DNA from: Octopus vulgaris
Taxonomy: Eukaryota
Reading direction: 5' to 3'
DNA length: 64,000 nucleotides
NCBI GenBank assembly: GCA_951406725.2
Contig: OX597816.1
Location: 97,774,001-97,838,000 of the forward strand
Notes under the pieces: generated by a model
The model's database searches: none
What the model was told of the DNA's origin: nothing
The model's input: only the letters and a program-made list of their open reading frames with translations
Program-made: the position numbers and the translations under genes
Shown here: one piece after another, positions 1-13,596 of the stretch
Layout of the letters: every line of letters begins with the position of its first letter
Position numbering within the stretch: position 1 is the first letter of the stretch

Positions 1-1720
1 TCACTGGAGCTATTGAAGAAGATTTGGAGCCACATACCTCCTTAACATAAGAGTACAAACCTAAGGCATTATTTCTATCATCTGCTTCTGTCATTCCAAC
101 ATTCCTGTTTAATTTACCTTAGAGCAGTCTGCACTTTCCCTTTCAGCCTTCTGTAAGCTTCGTTCGAGTTGAGGTTCAAGGACTGAGGAAGAAGTGTGTT
201 GCGTAAATTTTGATTTTCTAAAAGCAGATCATGAACTTCTGATAACCAGTTACGCGATTTAAATCTCACTGAAAAACTTGCAGTCTGAAATAAGTTTGTT
301 TTGAAATCTTCTCATAGATAGTTTGGATCAAGTTTGATACTTTCTACAGCATCGTGTAATCTTTGAAAGTTGCTTGGTGATTCGAAGTTTGCCACATTTA
401 ACTTTTTGGGTACCTTAGGACCAGACTGTCGACGTATCAAAAAATTCATTTTCCCACGTACTAGACGATGGTCAATCCAGCTCTCTGCTCCTCACATAGC
501 CCAAACACTAGAAAAATTTCATATCACGCTTTCTGATCAAAATGTGATCTAGGAGATGCTTGTTCTTAGATCTTGGGGGAATCCAGGTGGTTTTATATTT
601 ATTTTTCTGTTTAAACAGGATGTTGGTACCAACTAGAATATTCTCAGTACAAAACGTTAAAAGTGCTATTCCATTTTAATTGGATTTTCCAATACATTTC
701 ATGAAATGTAGTCATTTCTAACACTTGGTTTGAAATCTCCCAATATGACCAGCTCGTCAGAAATTTGTACTTTCCTCAATAATTGTACTAGCTCATCATA
801 AAACTGTCCTACAGTTTCAACAGAATGAGACATTGTTGGCGTATAAATACTGACAGCGGTAAAACAAAACCCCTACCATTTGTTAATTTTATACGGCATA
901 CCACTTGAAAATTATGCAATGGAGGATACTAATGAATTCTTGGATGATTCTAATGAATACTAATGAATTCTTGAGAGCAAACCAAACAAGAGATTCTCTA
1001 CGCTGACCCTCAGGTAGGCCTCTCCAGAAGATAGTATATTCATAAGTTAGTTCACTTATTTTACCCTTATCAGAGAGACGAGTTTCAGAGAGCGCAACTA
1101 TATCAAGGGAATATTTTAAAGCTCACATGCAATAAGTGGAGTGCGCCTTTTTGGCATCTTGTTGAAATGATCATCTAGAAGTGTGCGCACATTCCGACAG
1201 CCAGAATTCAGAGGATGTTTATTTTTTCTTCTTCTTGAAGATTGTTTGACTACAGTGGCAGGAAGACGACCAGACCCACCATGTGTCACACTGGGATACC
1301 TGCCGAGCCAGACCTCCTCCCCTGACGTCTCCAAATCTATTTTCCCAATTACTGAATCTGTTCGATGCATTTCAGAGTAAGTTGCAAGCGCATTTTTAGG
1401 TTTCTGCCAACCAGTTCAAATATTTTATTAAGATTTGGTGTACAAAAAGTACCTGTGCAGATGAATAATTTTCAGTGGGTGTAGCTTGCACTGCACTACT
1501 CCCACATACTAGCCCAAGAAGACTTGGGCGTGACATGAGAATTGACAAAACCGGATAATTACAAGGCCTCAGGTTTTATTCTGGAGATTTTCCTTCTACG
1601 TAGATTACCAACCAATGTTAAAGAGCTGCTACCTGCCAATGAGGTAGGTTATCCCGTACAAGACACCAAACCGACACCCAAACTCTCTATACAGTGTTTA
1701 AATTTCATTCTGATATCCGA
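1..1720 (-). mobile_element. RTE-clade LINE, decayed 5' part (5' UTR plus AP-endonuclease domain), continuing off the window
   Basis: ORF 1116..1370 ends CRNVRTLLDDHFNKMPKRRTPLIACEL, matching the RTE EN N-terminus (WNVRTLLD..PERRTALIAREL). Past the stop the frame continues with DIVALSETRL. Stops and frameshifts are present. Confidence 0.85.
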
Positions 1721-1994
1721 CGCGGAGCAATTCATACATTAAAATATTATTAAAAAACGTTATATTCATATCTACACATATTTGGTGGATGGCCGTTGAT
1801 TACTCATGAGCTTATACGCCCATTGACAGATCTTATCTTTTGTCCTGCAAGATGTCAAACAAACAATCACCCTCCTCACCAATTAAGATTGGTGGTGTTG
1901 CCAGTTTAGTCACCGATGACCCGACCATCTAACAGGTTGTACTGGGTTACGTGTTACCGGTGGCGAACAAGAGTGACTAATATATATATATAAA

Positions 1995-2625
1995 TATGTA
2001 GAAAAATACAAACTGGGACAAGAACGTAAAACATTTAGAAGACGATACAAAAAACACGGACGCGACATTCGAAGCCTTCAATCTTCAGTCAAGAACCGGA
2101 TCATCCTAGCAATTTCGGCTGATTAATCTTGAGATCGCTCCGATCCGGCCAGCCTCAAGGAAAAACTAAGCTACGAGCATTAGATTTCTTAGAAGAAGGA
2201 TCGGACGTATACGAAACAGGGACAGAAAAACGGACGATGCCACATGAATATAAAATACAAAAAAAAAAAACAATAATGGTAAAAACAGGAAAAAACAGCG
2301 GGTGTCTTACGACAAGTTTAGCTGGCGTATTTGGAAATAATGCCTTTATCGGCAGACGAAGACAACGATGTTCTCACGGCAGTGGTCGGAGGCAAAAGGC
2401 TGATTTTGACTAACGGTCACGTGATGAAGAGAGAGAAAAAGAAAGGGGGCAAAGGAAAAAAGAGAGAGAGAAAGAGGGACGAAGGCAACAAAGGGGGGAG
2501 AGAAGAGAGAGAAAGAAGGAATTAAAGAAAGGGGAAGAAAGAGTGCGTACCAAGGATTGGCTAGTGAGTGCAAAGTGAGAAAGACAGAGAATTGTGAGAG
2601 AGTGGGGGGAAGAGTAGACCAAAGA

Positions 2626-2630
<5 letters not shown>
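1995..2630 (-). mobile_element. Interspersed repeat, probable PLE pseudo-LTR with decayed HHR-like motifs
   Basis: 2000-2200 is the diverged reverse complement of about 17640-17840. The minus strand has GGCTG..CAGCC-GAAA and CTGAAGA..GAA motifs. Confidence 0.5.
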
Positions 2631-2666
<36 letters not shown>

Positions 2667-2715
2667 GTGTATGTATATATATATATATATATATATATAC
2701 ATACACACACACACA

Positions 2716-2768
<53 letters not shown>

Positions 2769-3586
2769 CTATATATATATATATATATATATATACGCAT
2801 GTAAATATTGAGATGTAAGCATACATCGACCAATCTAAATATCTGTCTGTCTATATATAAATTTGTGTATGTCTTTATATGTGTGTGTGTATATACTACT
2901 TTTATTGGATCTGAATATTTGTGTAACGACTGGTATTTCACTCTACTGCAATATTCAGGCGAGAACTGTTAGAATTCGTTGTTGGTGATGCATTTATATT
3001 GTTTGGTCTCTTTTGTCTAATACTTACGTTTTTTCATTGTTTCGTGCTTCGCAATTATTGATTGGCTGTTGTTTTGATGGCGTCTTCATTGGTTGATTAG
3101 TTTAATTTTGTGTGATGTGTTGTTTGTATTTGTTGTAATTGCCGGTGAGTGTACTGTTCTTAATTTGTTTATGATCTGCTTGTGAGTTGGGGATCAGGCA
3201 TCTGTTCATTATTTTCTCTGCGTGTATGTGTATGTAAGGTGTAAAATGTTGTTAGCGAAAGGATTTTTACAATTAGGATTTATCTAATTAAGCATGCATC
3301 TATTTTGAGTGGTTGTATAACTAATTAATGTTGTTTCAGGGATGAATAATTTTTTCGTCTGCGGTGTTATGTGAGAATTATTTTGCAGTGTTTTTTTTAA
3401 AATAACAACAGTCTTAAATTTTTTTTTTACTTTGAGATAGATTTTTCTTGGTATGAAGATATATATGTGCGTTATTGCTTGTGTGCGTGCGCGCATGTGT
3501 GCGTGTCTGTGTGTACGTCTGTGTGTGTGTGTATTTGCACGTACATTCGTTAATATTTACTACTCTCTTTTACTCTCTCTTTAACA

Positions 3587-3867
3587 CTTTTACTTGTTTA
3601 AGTCATTTGACTACAACCATGCTGGAGGACCGCCTTTAGTCGAGCAAATCGAACTCAGGACTTATTCTTTGTAGGCCTAGTAGTTATTCTATCGGTCTCT
3701 TTTGCCGAACAGCTAAGTTACGGGGACGTAAACACACCAGCATCGGTTGTAAAGCGATGTTACAGGACAAACACAGACACACAAGCACACACATATACAT
3801 ATACATATACACACATACATACATACATACATACATACATACATACATACATACATACATACATACA

Positions 3868-3903
<36 letters not shown>

Positions 3904-3926
3904 TATATATAGCCACTCCTGCGCCT
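3587..3926 (-). mobile_element. tRNA-derived SINE family A, internally deleted, with (CATA)n expansion
   Basis: Body matches 7174-7583 and ends in the same head fragment agccactcctgcgcct. Confidence 0.85.
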
Positions 3927-4015
3927 TGAATCTTTCTTGTTCCATGCTTTTTTGTGGCTCTATGTGTGTGTGTTTGTGTGTGTGTGCGTGCGTGTGTGTG
4001 TGTGTGTGCATTTAG

Positions 4016-4067
<52 letters not shown>

Positions 4068-4929
4068 ATATAGGGATGGTATTAAAATACTATCACAGAT
4101 GGTAAGCGAATTATCAGCCGTACAGGCAAATTAATAAAATATATACATATAATATTCGATATGTACATATATACACAAGGGTACTACTTGAGTACCTATA
4201 TCGCTAATGATAGAAGTCATAAAATACTTCTGTACCACCGAATAGTCACAAATCTATTACAGACATGATAGGAAAAAACATCAGTGGACAATAATAATGT
4301 CTTACCTCAAATGGGTCAGAACAAGTAAATGCTGGTCAACCTGGTACCGGTTGTACATGGACATTTGTGAATACGAACAGAAATAAACTACGCTGGATCT
4401 CCTAAATATCACGAAAAAGTACAAATATCTGTTGACCATCAGGTTTGCACCTACTTACTTTCTCTTATGAAACATTATAAACGCAATACCTAAATAAACT
4501 CATTTTATTATAAAGGCTTAAATGCTGGGCTGAACTCTGAACTTCAACTTCCACATCCCTAAAACTAAGGATTATATTTACTATTTGAGTCAAAATAAAA
4601 TCAACAACTAAACCTAGTGGTGCATCGATTGAACGACTAACCTTTTGACCTACTTTATTTTGCGGAAAAATAAAACCAACCACGAGAAGAGATGCTGGAT
4701 CACCTAAATGAAGTAACCTGGCTACGAAGTTCTACATGAATTACTGAATTCTAAAAAAATAATGCAGCTCTAATTTTAATCAATAAAATACTCCCAAAAT
4801 GCCTTTTCGTCACAGTCTCCTCTGCAAACTAATTTTCATACAACAGCGCTACACCAGCTCCATAAAATTTTATTTATATATGCATATATGTGTGTGTATG
4901 TATATATGTATATATGTATATATATGTAT

Positions 4930-5066
4930 ATATGTATGGGATCGTGTGTGTATGTGTATAAATATTTAAGTGCGTGGATTGTGTGTATACATATATATAT
5001 ATATATGCGTATGGGAGTGTGTGTGTATGTGTATAAATATTTAAGTGCGTGGATTGTGCGTATACA

Positions 5067-5110
<44 letters not shown>

Positions 5111-5180
5111 TATGTATACGCACAATCCACGCACATAAATATTTATACACATACACACACGCTCCCATACGCATACATAG
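4930..5180. repeat. Two tandem ~75 bp units plus an inverted third copy across a (TA)n tract
   Basis: tgtgtataaatatttaagtgcgtggattgtg occurs twice. The near-identical reverse complement cacaatccacgcacataaatatttatacac is at about 5121-5150. Confidence 0.85.
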
Positions 5181-5236
5181 GCTCACATAATTCTAAGCTC
5201 ACCCACACATACATTCACACACGCTCACCCTCATTA

Positions 5237-5269
<33 letters not shown>

Positions 5270-5575
5270 TACACGCACCATTCTTACATACACACAATGG
5301 CTTGCGCACCCTAGCTAATCCGGGACGCCGTTATTATCTTCCTTTCACTCAGCCTCTAACTTCCGCTACTTTCATCGTTTTGAACAATTAATCCATACAC
5401 ACTATTTCCTCTCTCCCTTTTTAATTTCTTTCTCTCTCCATTTTCTTTTTCTCCTCAAATCTTTTTGTCGAAGAGCATAGGTTCAGAGCGTCAAAGACTT
5501 TTCCATTCAAACTAATACGCCTGCTTTTTGTTCTCTCATCTGTCATAGTCTTTTGTTTTCTGTAAATTTGAACTA
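5180..5575 (+). mobile_element. PLE-like pseudo-LTR remnant with decayed minimal HHR at 5461-5496
   Basis: cttt-TTGTCGA-A-GAGC-atag-GTTC-AGAG-CGTC-aaag keeps stems I and II, but the core is mutated. Confidence 0.5.
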
Positions 5576-5576
5576 A

Positions 5577-5618
<42 letters not shown>

Positions 5619-5643
5619 CTATCTATCTATCTACCTATAAATA

Positions 5644-5679
<36 letters not shown>

Positions 5680-5689
5680 AACACCCACC

Positions 5690-5729
<40 letters not shown>

Positions 5730-5817
5730 CATATATATGTGCGTGTGTTTATGTATGCATGTATGTATAGACATACACATATGTATGTATGTATGTATAT
5801 ATATATATATGTATATA

Positions 5818-5919
<102 letters not shown>

Positions 5920-6884
5920 AATACCCCAAAAACGAAGAACACACCAAGAAAGTAACAACCGAGTTCGTGGTACATGTACAGTATTAATCGACGTTTTTCT
6001 TCTTACTCTCCCAATATATACATATATACGTGTGTGTGTACGCAATGTGTGTATGTATATAGATATATAATTATATAAGCATATAATCACTTTTTAGAAA
6101 GTGGAACCGATCATCTGAATAAGTCCAAATTGACCGTCATATATTATCTTGCAAAATGAAAATTATACTATATACATGCACAAGTGTTACCTATTCAGAT
6201 AATGTTCAATATGTATTTAGGGTTAATAATACATAAAACAGATACATTTTCATCAGATTTTCTGTATGCATATATGTGTATGTATGTATGCATTTGTGTA
6301 TACGCATGCGAACGTGCAGGCGGAAAACTGGTCGAGAAAATAGCTCTCGAATTCCTAGTAAAATATGTTTTTTTTGTTCAAGCCGAAAAACTTCACAAAC
6401 TGTCACCCAGCGTTTCCCTATGCTGATCCGTAATCATCAAAACGGTGGTCTATACATATTTATAATTGATGCAGCATAACTATTTAGAATTTCGCTGAAT
6501 ATCAATTTCAAGTAGATTGAAAAGTAAGTTATTAAGTTATTGCTTAGCAATAATTACTAGAACCAGTTGCATAAACCGATTGAATTTTGACTGAAAATAT
6601 TATCAGCAATAAAAATCGAGGCAGAGTCCAATTAAAATCTGCATAAGTAATTCATCTCTATGCATCGAAATAAACTCTACGATAGCAGTTACAAGAGAAA
6701 TGTCATTTCAGAATTTAACAGTTTAAGAGACATATGCCATAAATAATAATGTCTAGTGTAAGAGTGAATGCATTTCCCCAATTACTAGTAGTTAAAATAA
6801 TGAACAAATTTCATATAAGTGAAGATGACAGATGCATACCGATGCATTACCGTAATTACACGCAAGTTTATTGTATAGATTATA

Positions 6885-7100
6885 TCTCTTTTACTCTTTT
6901 ACATGTTTCAATCATTTGACTGTGGCCATGCTGGAGCATCGCCTTTAGTCGAGCAAATCGACCCCAGGACTTATTCTTTGTAAGTCTAGTACTTATTCTA
7001 TCGGTCTCTTTTACCTAACCGCTAAATTACGGGGACGTAAACACACCAGCATCGGTTGTCAAGCGATGTTGGGGGGACATACACATACACACAAACATAT
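6885..7100 (-). mobile_element. SINE family A, 3' portion
   Basis: Near-identical to 7185-7390. Confidence 0.85.
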
Positions 7101-7173
7101 ACACACATACATACATACATACATACATACATACATACATACATTCATACATACATATATATATATATATATA

Positions 7174-7583
7174 CTCTTACTCTTTACTCTTTTACTTGTT
7201 TCAGGCATTTTGACTGCGACCATGCTGGAGCACCACCTTTAGTCGAACAAATCGACCCCGGGACTTATTCTTTGTAAGCCCAGTACTTATTCTATCGGTC
7301 TCTTTTGCCGAACCGCTAAGTGACGGGGACGTAAACACACCAGCATCGGTTTTCAAGCAATGCTAGGGGGACAAACACAGACACACAAACACATACACAC
7401 ATATATATATACATATATACGACGGGCTTCTTTCAGTTTCCGTCTACCAAATCCACTCACAAGGCATTGGTCGGCCCGAGGCTATAGTAGAAGACACTTG
7501 CCCAAGATGCCACGCAGTGGGACTGAACCCGGAACCATGTGGTTGGTAAACAAGCTACTTACCACACAGCCACTCCTGCGCCT
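7174..7583 (-). mobile_element. tRNA-derived SINE family A, full length
   Basis: The minus strand starts aggcgcaggagtggctgtgtggtaag (A box), then gggttcagtccc (B box), then a CORE-like cttgggcaagtgtctt box and a short (AGAGTAA)-type tail. Many copies occur in the window. Confidence 0.9.
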
Positions 7584-7612
7584 ATATATATATATATATA
7601 GGCCACTCCTGC

Positions 7613-7718
<106 letters not shown>

Positions 7719-7734
7719 TGTATGTATGTATACA

Positions 7735-8298
7735 TATATACGACTGGCTTCTTTCAGTTTCCGTCTACCAAATTCACTCACAAGGCTTTGGCCGGCTCGA
7801 GGCTATAGTAGAAGACACTTGCCCAATGTTCCACGCAGTGGGAGTGAAACCGGAACCATGTGGTTGGTTATCAAGCTACTTACTTATTTATTGCCTACAA
7901 GGGGCTAAACATTGACAGACAAAGGGATTAAGTCGATTGCATCGACCCTAGTGTGTAACTGGTACTTAATTTATCGACCCCAAAAGTATGAAAGGCAAAG
8001 TTGACCTCGGCGGAATTTGAACTCAGAACGTAGCGCCAGACGAAATACCTATTTCTTTACAACCCACAAGGGGCTAAACACGGAGAGGACAAGCAAGGAC
8101 AGACAAACGGATTAAGTCGATTATATCGAGCTCAGTGCGCAACTGGTACTTATTTAATCGACCCCGAAAGGATGAAAGGCAAAGTCGAACTCGGCGGAAT
8201 TTGAACTCAGAACGTAGCGGCAGACGAAATACTGCTGAGCATTTCGCCCGGCGTGCTAACGTCTCTGCCAACTCACCGCCTTCTTACCACACAGCCAC
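7735..8298 (-). mobile_element. SINE family A head interrupted by a family B SINE dimer (about 7886-8280)
   Basis: The family A head breaks at gctacttac (about 7883) and resumes at cttaccacacagccac (8283). The insert carries two copies of the family B core. Confidence 0.85.
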
Positions 8299-8889
8299 TT
8301 AACAAATTCTTGGGCGACTGTATTGAACATATATAAAAAGAAAAAAAAAACCTGTTCAGTTGTCAGATGTTCTTTTCTGAAATGGATATTATTGATATCT
8401 ATATCTTTTTATCAAAGGCGTCATTACCACGCTACCAATGCATCATGTAGAAGTGTTGAATGTTCACGGGTAGTTATGAATTTACCAATTTTAATGCACG
8501 CTATGAAATTATCTTTTCTCTGTATGACGTCTATCGTATTACTTTCGTTTATACATAAGTTGTATATAATTATTTAATTATATAGAAATAATTATTTAAC
8601 TTAGGTGACCTAAAGGAATTATTGATCATAATTGTTAATGCCTCGGTCAAAGTGCTTTGCTGTAGGAATTCCGGCACGTTACCTTCTGATTTGAAATCTC
8701 ACCGGAGTGAAATTTGGTTTTTATTACCCTCCCAACATAATGCACTAGCCAGCTATTGGGGCAAATGATATCGACTATCTTTTCATTTCCAAATGCTGGC
8801 CATAATTAAAAAAGCAAAAAAAAAATTAGTCATAATGAATTTTATAATTATTGTTACATTTGTATTTCCTATTATCATCCTTATTATTA

Positions 8890-9295
8890 AGGCGGCGAGC
8901 TGGCAGAATCGTTAGCATGCCAGGCGAAATGCATAACCGTATTTCGACTGTCTTTACGTTCTGAGTTTAATTTCTACCGAGGTCGACTTTGTCTTTCGGG
9001 GTCGATAAATCAAGTACCAGTTGTGTCCTGAGGTCAATCTAACCGACTGGGCCCCTACCCCAAAATTTTGGACCATCTGGCCAGAGTTGAAAAGAATCTT
9101 TAGTGCGCCGGGCAAAATGCTTACCGGCTTTTCGCCTGCTTTTGCGTTCTGAGTTCAAATTCCGCCGAGCTCGACTTTGTCTTTCATCATTTCGAGGTCG
9201 ATAAATTAAGTACCGGTCAAATCCTGGTATCGATGTGTACATCCAGACCCTCTCCTAAATTTCCGGCCTTGTACATTTTGTAGAAAGGATTATTA
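8890..9295 (+). mobile_element. tRNA-derived SINE family B (Meta-domain-like core), two tandem copies
   Basis: Head ggcggcgagctggcagaatcgttagc, B box gagttcaaattcc and core ctttcggggtcgataaatcaagtaccag. Confidence 0.85.
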
Positions 9296-10764
9296 TTTGT
9301 ATTTTCTGAGTACCCATCATTCTGCTTCCTAGCGGAAAAGTAATCTCCACTTTTGATGATAATTAATATCTTATTCTGAAGACTAATTTCTACTAGCATA
9401 TGAATGTGTCTTAGCCATGTGAGTCAGTGTTAAGATGTGTTTACTGATGTTTATTTACTTCATGATGTAATATTACGGAAATATTCACTTTGATTCTTCA
9501 CCTTCCAAGTGTCACTAAGATATATATATCCCTCAAGTGTCACTAAGACATATATAAAATCGACAGTTCACTCCCATCCTAGAATGCTTGCTTGGCTTTT
9601 CGTTCTTAATATAATTCTACGTGTCACGTTACAACAACCTCTTCTATGAAAGGAAGATCAAAATTTTTTAACACAATAAAGCAGTATATTTTGTATGGAG
9701 TTCAATAATATAATAACATTTATAGAATGTGAAAATTTCCATGGGTCCGTTTAGTTCTTAATATTAGATTGAATTACATCGGATTAAATGCTACACGAAA
9801 TTTACTTACGTGCATTTTCCTATGCAGTCAAAATATTGACGGTCTCAACATTGCTTTTCATCCTAAGAACGATTCAATTGTTAGGTTCTATTAAATCGAT
9901 AGTGCCTAGAAAATTCATGTGTGGCCTTTTGCAGATTTTAAAATATACTATTGCTACTGTATCTGAGAATTATTTGGCAAATGTTATTCCAAAAAAGCTG
10001 CAAAATTGACACTCTACAATTAGATATATTTACCAAAGTCTAATCGGTAATTTGATCAATACTTTGCTTCTAAGACTGGCATATTCTAAGTGCACTTTAT
10101 ATTCTAAGTTTTGAAGATCGAATAAAGAAAAACACATATAGAAGAACAACATCAGTGAACTAATATTTCAAACAGTTTGTCCTGAATAAATCAATTGCAT
10201 AAATGTGTTTGCTGTAAGAGTTGTAGATTATAATACGATAGATCGCATTATCATTGCTGTAGGATATATAATAAAGGAACTAAAAGTAAGGCATTATGTG
10301 ATATTTTGTTTTCCAAAGTTAAGCTTTAGTAAGTCTATTTTTATGGAATCAAACTCGCGTGAAAGAGAACACTAATATACACACGCATGTATAGGAATAT
10401 GTGTTGTACAATAGCTCTTACGTGCATTTTCAAAGAAATTCTTTAGAAATACTCGCTAGATAGATAGATAGTTAATGCTGGTACTATTTAGTATACTGTC
10501 GCTTTAGTGGCGTCTATACATTTGCTTTTAGGTTGTTAAATTGCTAACAAGACACCCATATTATCTGTAGTATATACACATATACATATATGCATATATG
10601 TCTGCGTGTATGTTGCGTAAGTATGTCTGTGTGTGTGTATGCTGCGTACGTGTATATACAGATATATACATACGTGTGTGTGTATGTGTGTCTGTGTATT
10701 TTTCTGCGCGTGTGTACAATTTTATAGGATTCAAATTTATGTGTTTGTATGTATAATTATGCAG

Positions 10765-10960
10765 CAAAGTCGCAGAATCGTTAGAGCAACGGACAAAATG
10801 CCAGGCATTAGTTCTGTTTCACAAAGTTCTAATTTCAAATTTCAGACTTGCCTTTAAACCTATCGAGGTCAAGAAAATAATGTATTTGTAAATTATGGGC
10901 CCGATTTCTTCTTATTGTCCCTCCCCTCAATAGTTCTGGCTGTATACCAAAATTACAATC
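10765..10960 (+). mobile_element. SINE family B, decayed
   Basis: gcagaatcgttagagcaacggacaaaatgc head and a decayed core. Confidence 0.6.
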
Positions 10961-11306
10961 CCTATCGAATAGTTATAATTATTTTGTATAGGAATTCGCT
11001 TTGTTATATAAGGGGCATACTTTGTGAAGCAGTACTCTACAGGCCTTATTCATGATTAGAGATGATATACCGTAGGAAAAAAGAGACGATTCAGGTAACT
11101 CAGAATAAGTTAAGTTTATTATATTTTCAATTTTGAAAGCTTTTTAAAGAGAATCACATCATGTTGACAATGTTTTCTTAGGATGTGGACAGTACTTAGA
11201 ACTTTTTTACTCTTTTACTTGTTTCAGTCATGTTGGGGGTACAAACACAAACACACACACACACACGTACGCACACACACACACACATACACACACATAC
11301 ATACAT

Positions 11307-11389
<83 letters not shown>

Positions 11390-11414
11390 TACGATGGGCT
11401 TCTTTCAGTTGCAG

Positions 11415-12000
11415 AACATTTCTATTTTTTTTTTAGTTTTGATACTTCGGGGTTCCCTGGTACTTGGCCATGATGTTCCGATAATCACTGGTGTAATGTC
11501 GTTTTAGATGTCATCGTTTTGAGACCGCTATTTGAAAGTGCTTGTATTAAGTTAACTTTTTCAAATGCTTTGAAAGAAGGATTGCAGAGTATTGGGGTTG
11601 GAATGTCTATGAGAAAGCATGCTTTCTCAATTGTGCAAACGATATTTGGTCTATCTGCCTGATTAGCAAAATTGTTTGAATACAAATATCCTAAAGAACA
11701 GCAATAATTTTAGTTTCTACCACTTTGTTAGGTTATCATCATCACCTCATCATTGGTATTTTGCAGCAAGCTTGTACGGCGACAGTCGCCTCTTTCTAGA
11801 ATTATTGAGAAGACTGGAGTCTTTTGTTTTCTTTGGATCTTCTCGTTGTGTATTCTCACTCTGTGGTATAAATTTTAACTTCATCCATTCAACTACAGCA
11901 CGAAGATAGTGGTAGCAATATCCATTCCTGTAACAAGTATTTTCTTTTATAATAAATGCAAGGTGTATTTGATTTTGCTCTCAGTTTCAGTTTTTACAGG
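11415..12000 (-). mobile_element. R4/Dong-like non-LTR retrotransposon, decayed C-terminal restriction-like endonuclease
   Basis: ORF 11485..11685 ADRPNIV..CFLIDIPTP..CN.SFKAFEK matches the RLE motif RPDIV..LID..P.D.N..K..EK. Confidence 0.7.
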
Positions 12001-12049
12001 TATCTAATATATCAAAGGTGATGCATATATACATATATACATACATACA

Positions 12050-12076
<27 letters not shown>

Positions 12077-12082
<6 letters not shown>

Positions 12083-12322
12083 GAAAATAGTAAAAAGTGA
12101 AAAAACTACAGAAGGCTTAAAGGTTAAAAAAATATATATATTTGCGTCAATATGTCGTAAGAAATTTGAAAAGCTAAACGCGAAATCGGTCCTTCTTCTA
12201 AACTATGTCATTGTAAGGAAAAGAAAATTTTTAATATTCTTCAGACATATTGACGCAAATATATATATTTTTTAACCTTTAAGCCTTCTGTAGTTTTTTC
12301 ACTTTTTACTATTTTCTATATA
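12077..12322. repeat. Near-perfect ~80 bp inverted repeat with 87 bp spacer
   Basis: 12077-12156 and 12244-12322 are reverse complements apart from one homopolymer indel. Confidence 0.95.
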
Positions 12323-12354
12323 TTCAACCACGTGCTTTCACAAACCAACTTTCT

Positions 12355-12480
<126 letters not shown>

Positions 12481-12599
12481 TGTATACACACGCACATATA
12501 TACGTCAAAAGCTTCTATATTTTTATGTTTTTGTAATTATTATTAGTGTTGCTTAATATGTTTTGCTACCATTGCTGTTTCTGTCCAGATATCACCAAA

Positions 12600-13595
12600 A
12601 AAAGTTTATTAAAATTCATTAAAATGACATCTATCGGACTTTCAAAGTGATCAAATTGTTGGTGCTCCTACAGAAGGTGCTAGCATAACGAAAACAGCCG
12701 AAATGTTTGGTTTATCAAGAAGTACTGTCTCAAAAGAAATGACAGCCTGTGAGAGAGAAGAAAAGACCCCCTCGTCGAAACAAAACTACGGAAGAATACT
12801 GAAACTTTCAGACAGGGACCATCGGACTATTACGCGAATCTTTAGAAAGGATCACTGAAGTACAATTCCTAAAATTACTGTAGAGCTTAATGACCACCTC
12901 CAGAACCCAGTTTCCACAAAAACTGTTCGTCGGGAGCCGCAGAAAGCCGGATTTCACAGGTGAGCTGCAATCACAAAACCACTACTTTCATAAACACACG
13001 TTGCAAAGCGTGTAGAGTGGCGTAAAAATCTACAGAATTGGTCCCTAGAGCAGTGAAAAATGTTATTGTCTCGGACCAGTAATTTCTTTACCTTATTTCC
13101 GACTACCGGCCGTGTATACATGTGGAGACAGCCAAAAGAAGTATTTGACTCAGCCTGCCTTCTTCCAACTGTTAAACATTGAGGAAATATATATATATAT
13201 GATGATCTGGTGTTGGTGGTGGGTTATATCTTTGAAATCTCCCGGCCCAATGGTTTTCCTTCATGGCAAATTAATAGTCAAGACTATTTCAGCATTTTAT
13301 CTGATTAAATTCATCCTATGTTTGTGGAACTGTCTCCGGAGGAAAACGCAATCTTCCAGGATGATAATGAACCAATATTCACACTGATAAACTTGTTACT
13401 GAATTGCACGAGGAACATTCTAGTGACGTTGAACATCTTACCTGGCTACCACAATCCCCAGATCTCAAGATTATTGAACATTTGTGGAGCATTTTAGAAA
13501 AACAAGTAAGTATTCACTATCCTCCACCATCATCACTACAAGAACTGGAAACTGTTTTAGCTGAAGAATGGACAAAAATTCCTTTGGAATCTACA
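12600..13595 (+). pseudogene. Tc1-family transposase pseudogene, 3' truncated
   Basis: N-terminal LSDFQ..QIVGA...GASITKTAEMFG..RSTVSK helix-turn-helix; C-terminal FQDDN.P.H and LTWLPQSPDLKIIEHLW (ORF 13404..13598). Multiple stops and frameshifts. Confidence 0.9.
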
Positions 13596-13596
13596 T

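Noticed and set aside
3284-3496. Possible PLE GIY-YIG tail (also 23060-23520)
   Set aside because: Similarity is too faint to support without an HMM search.
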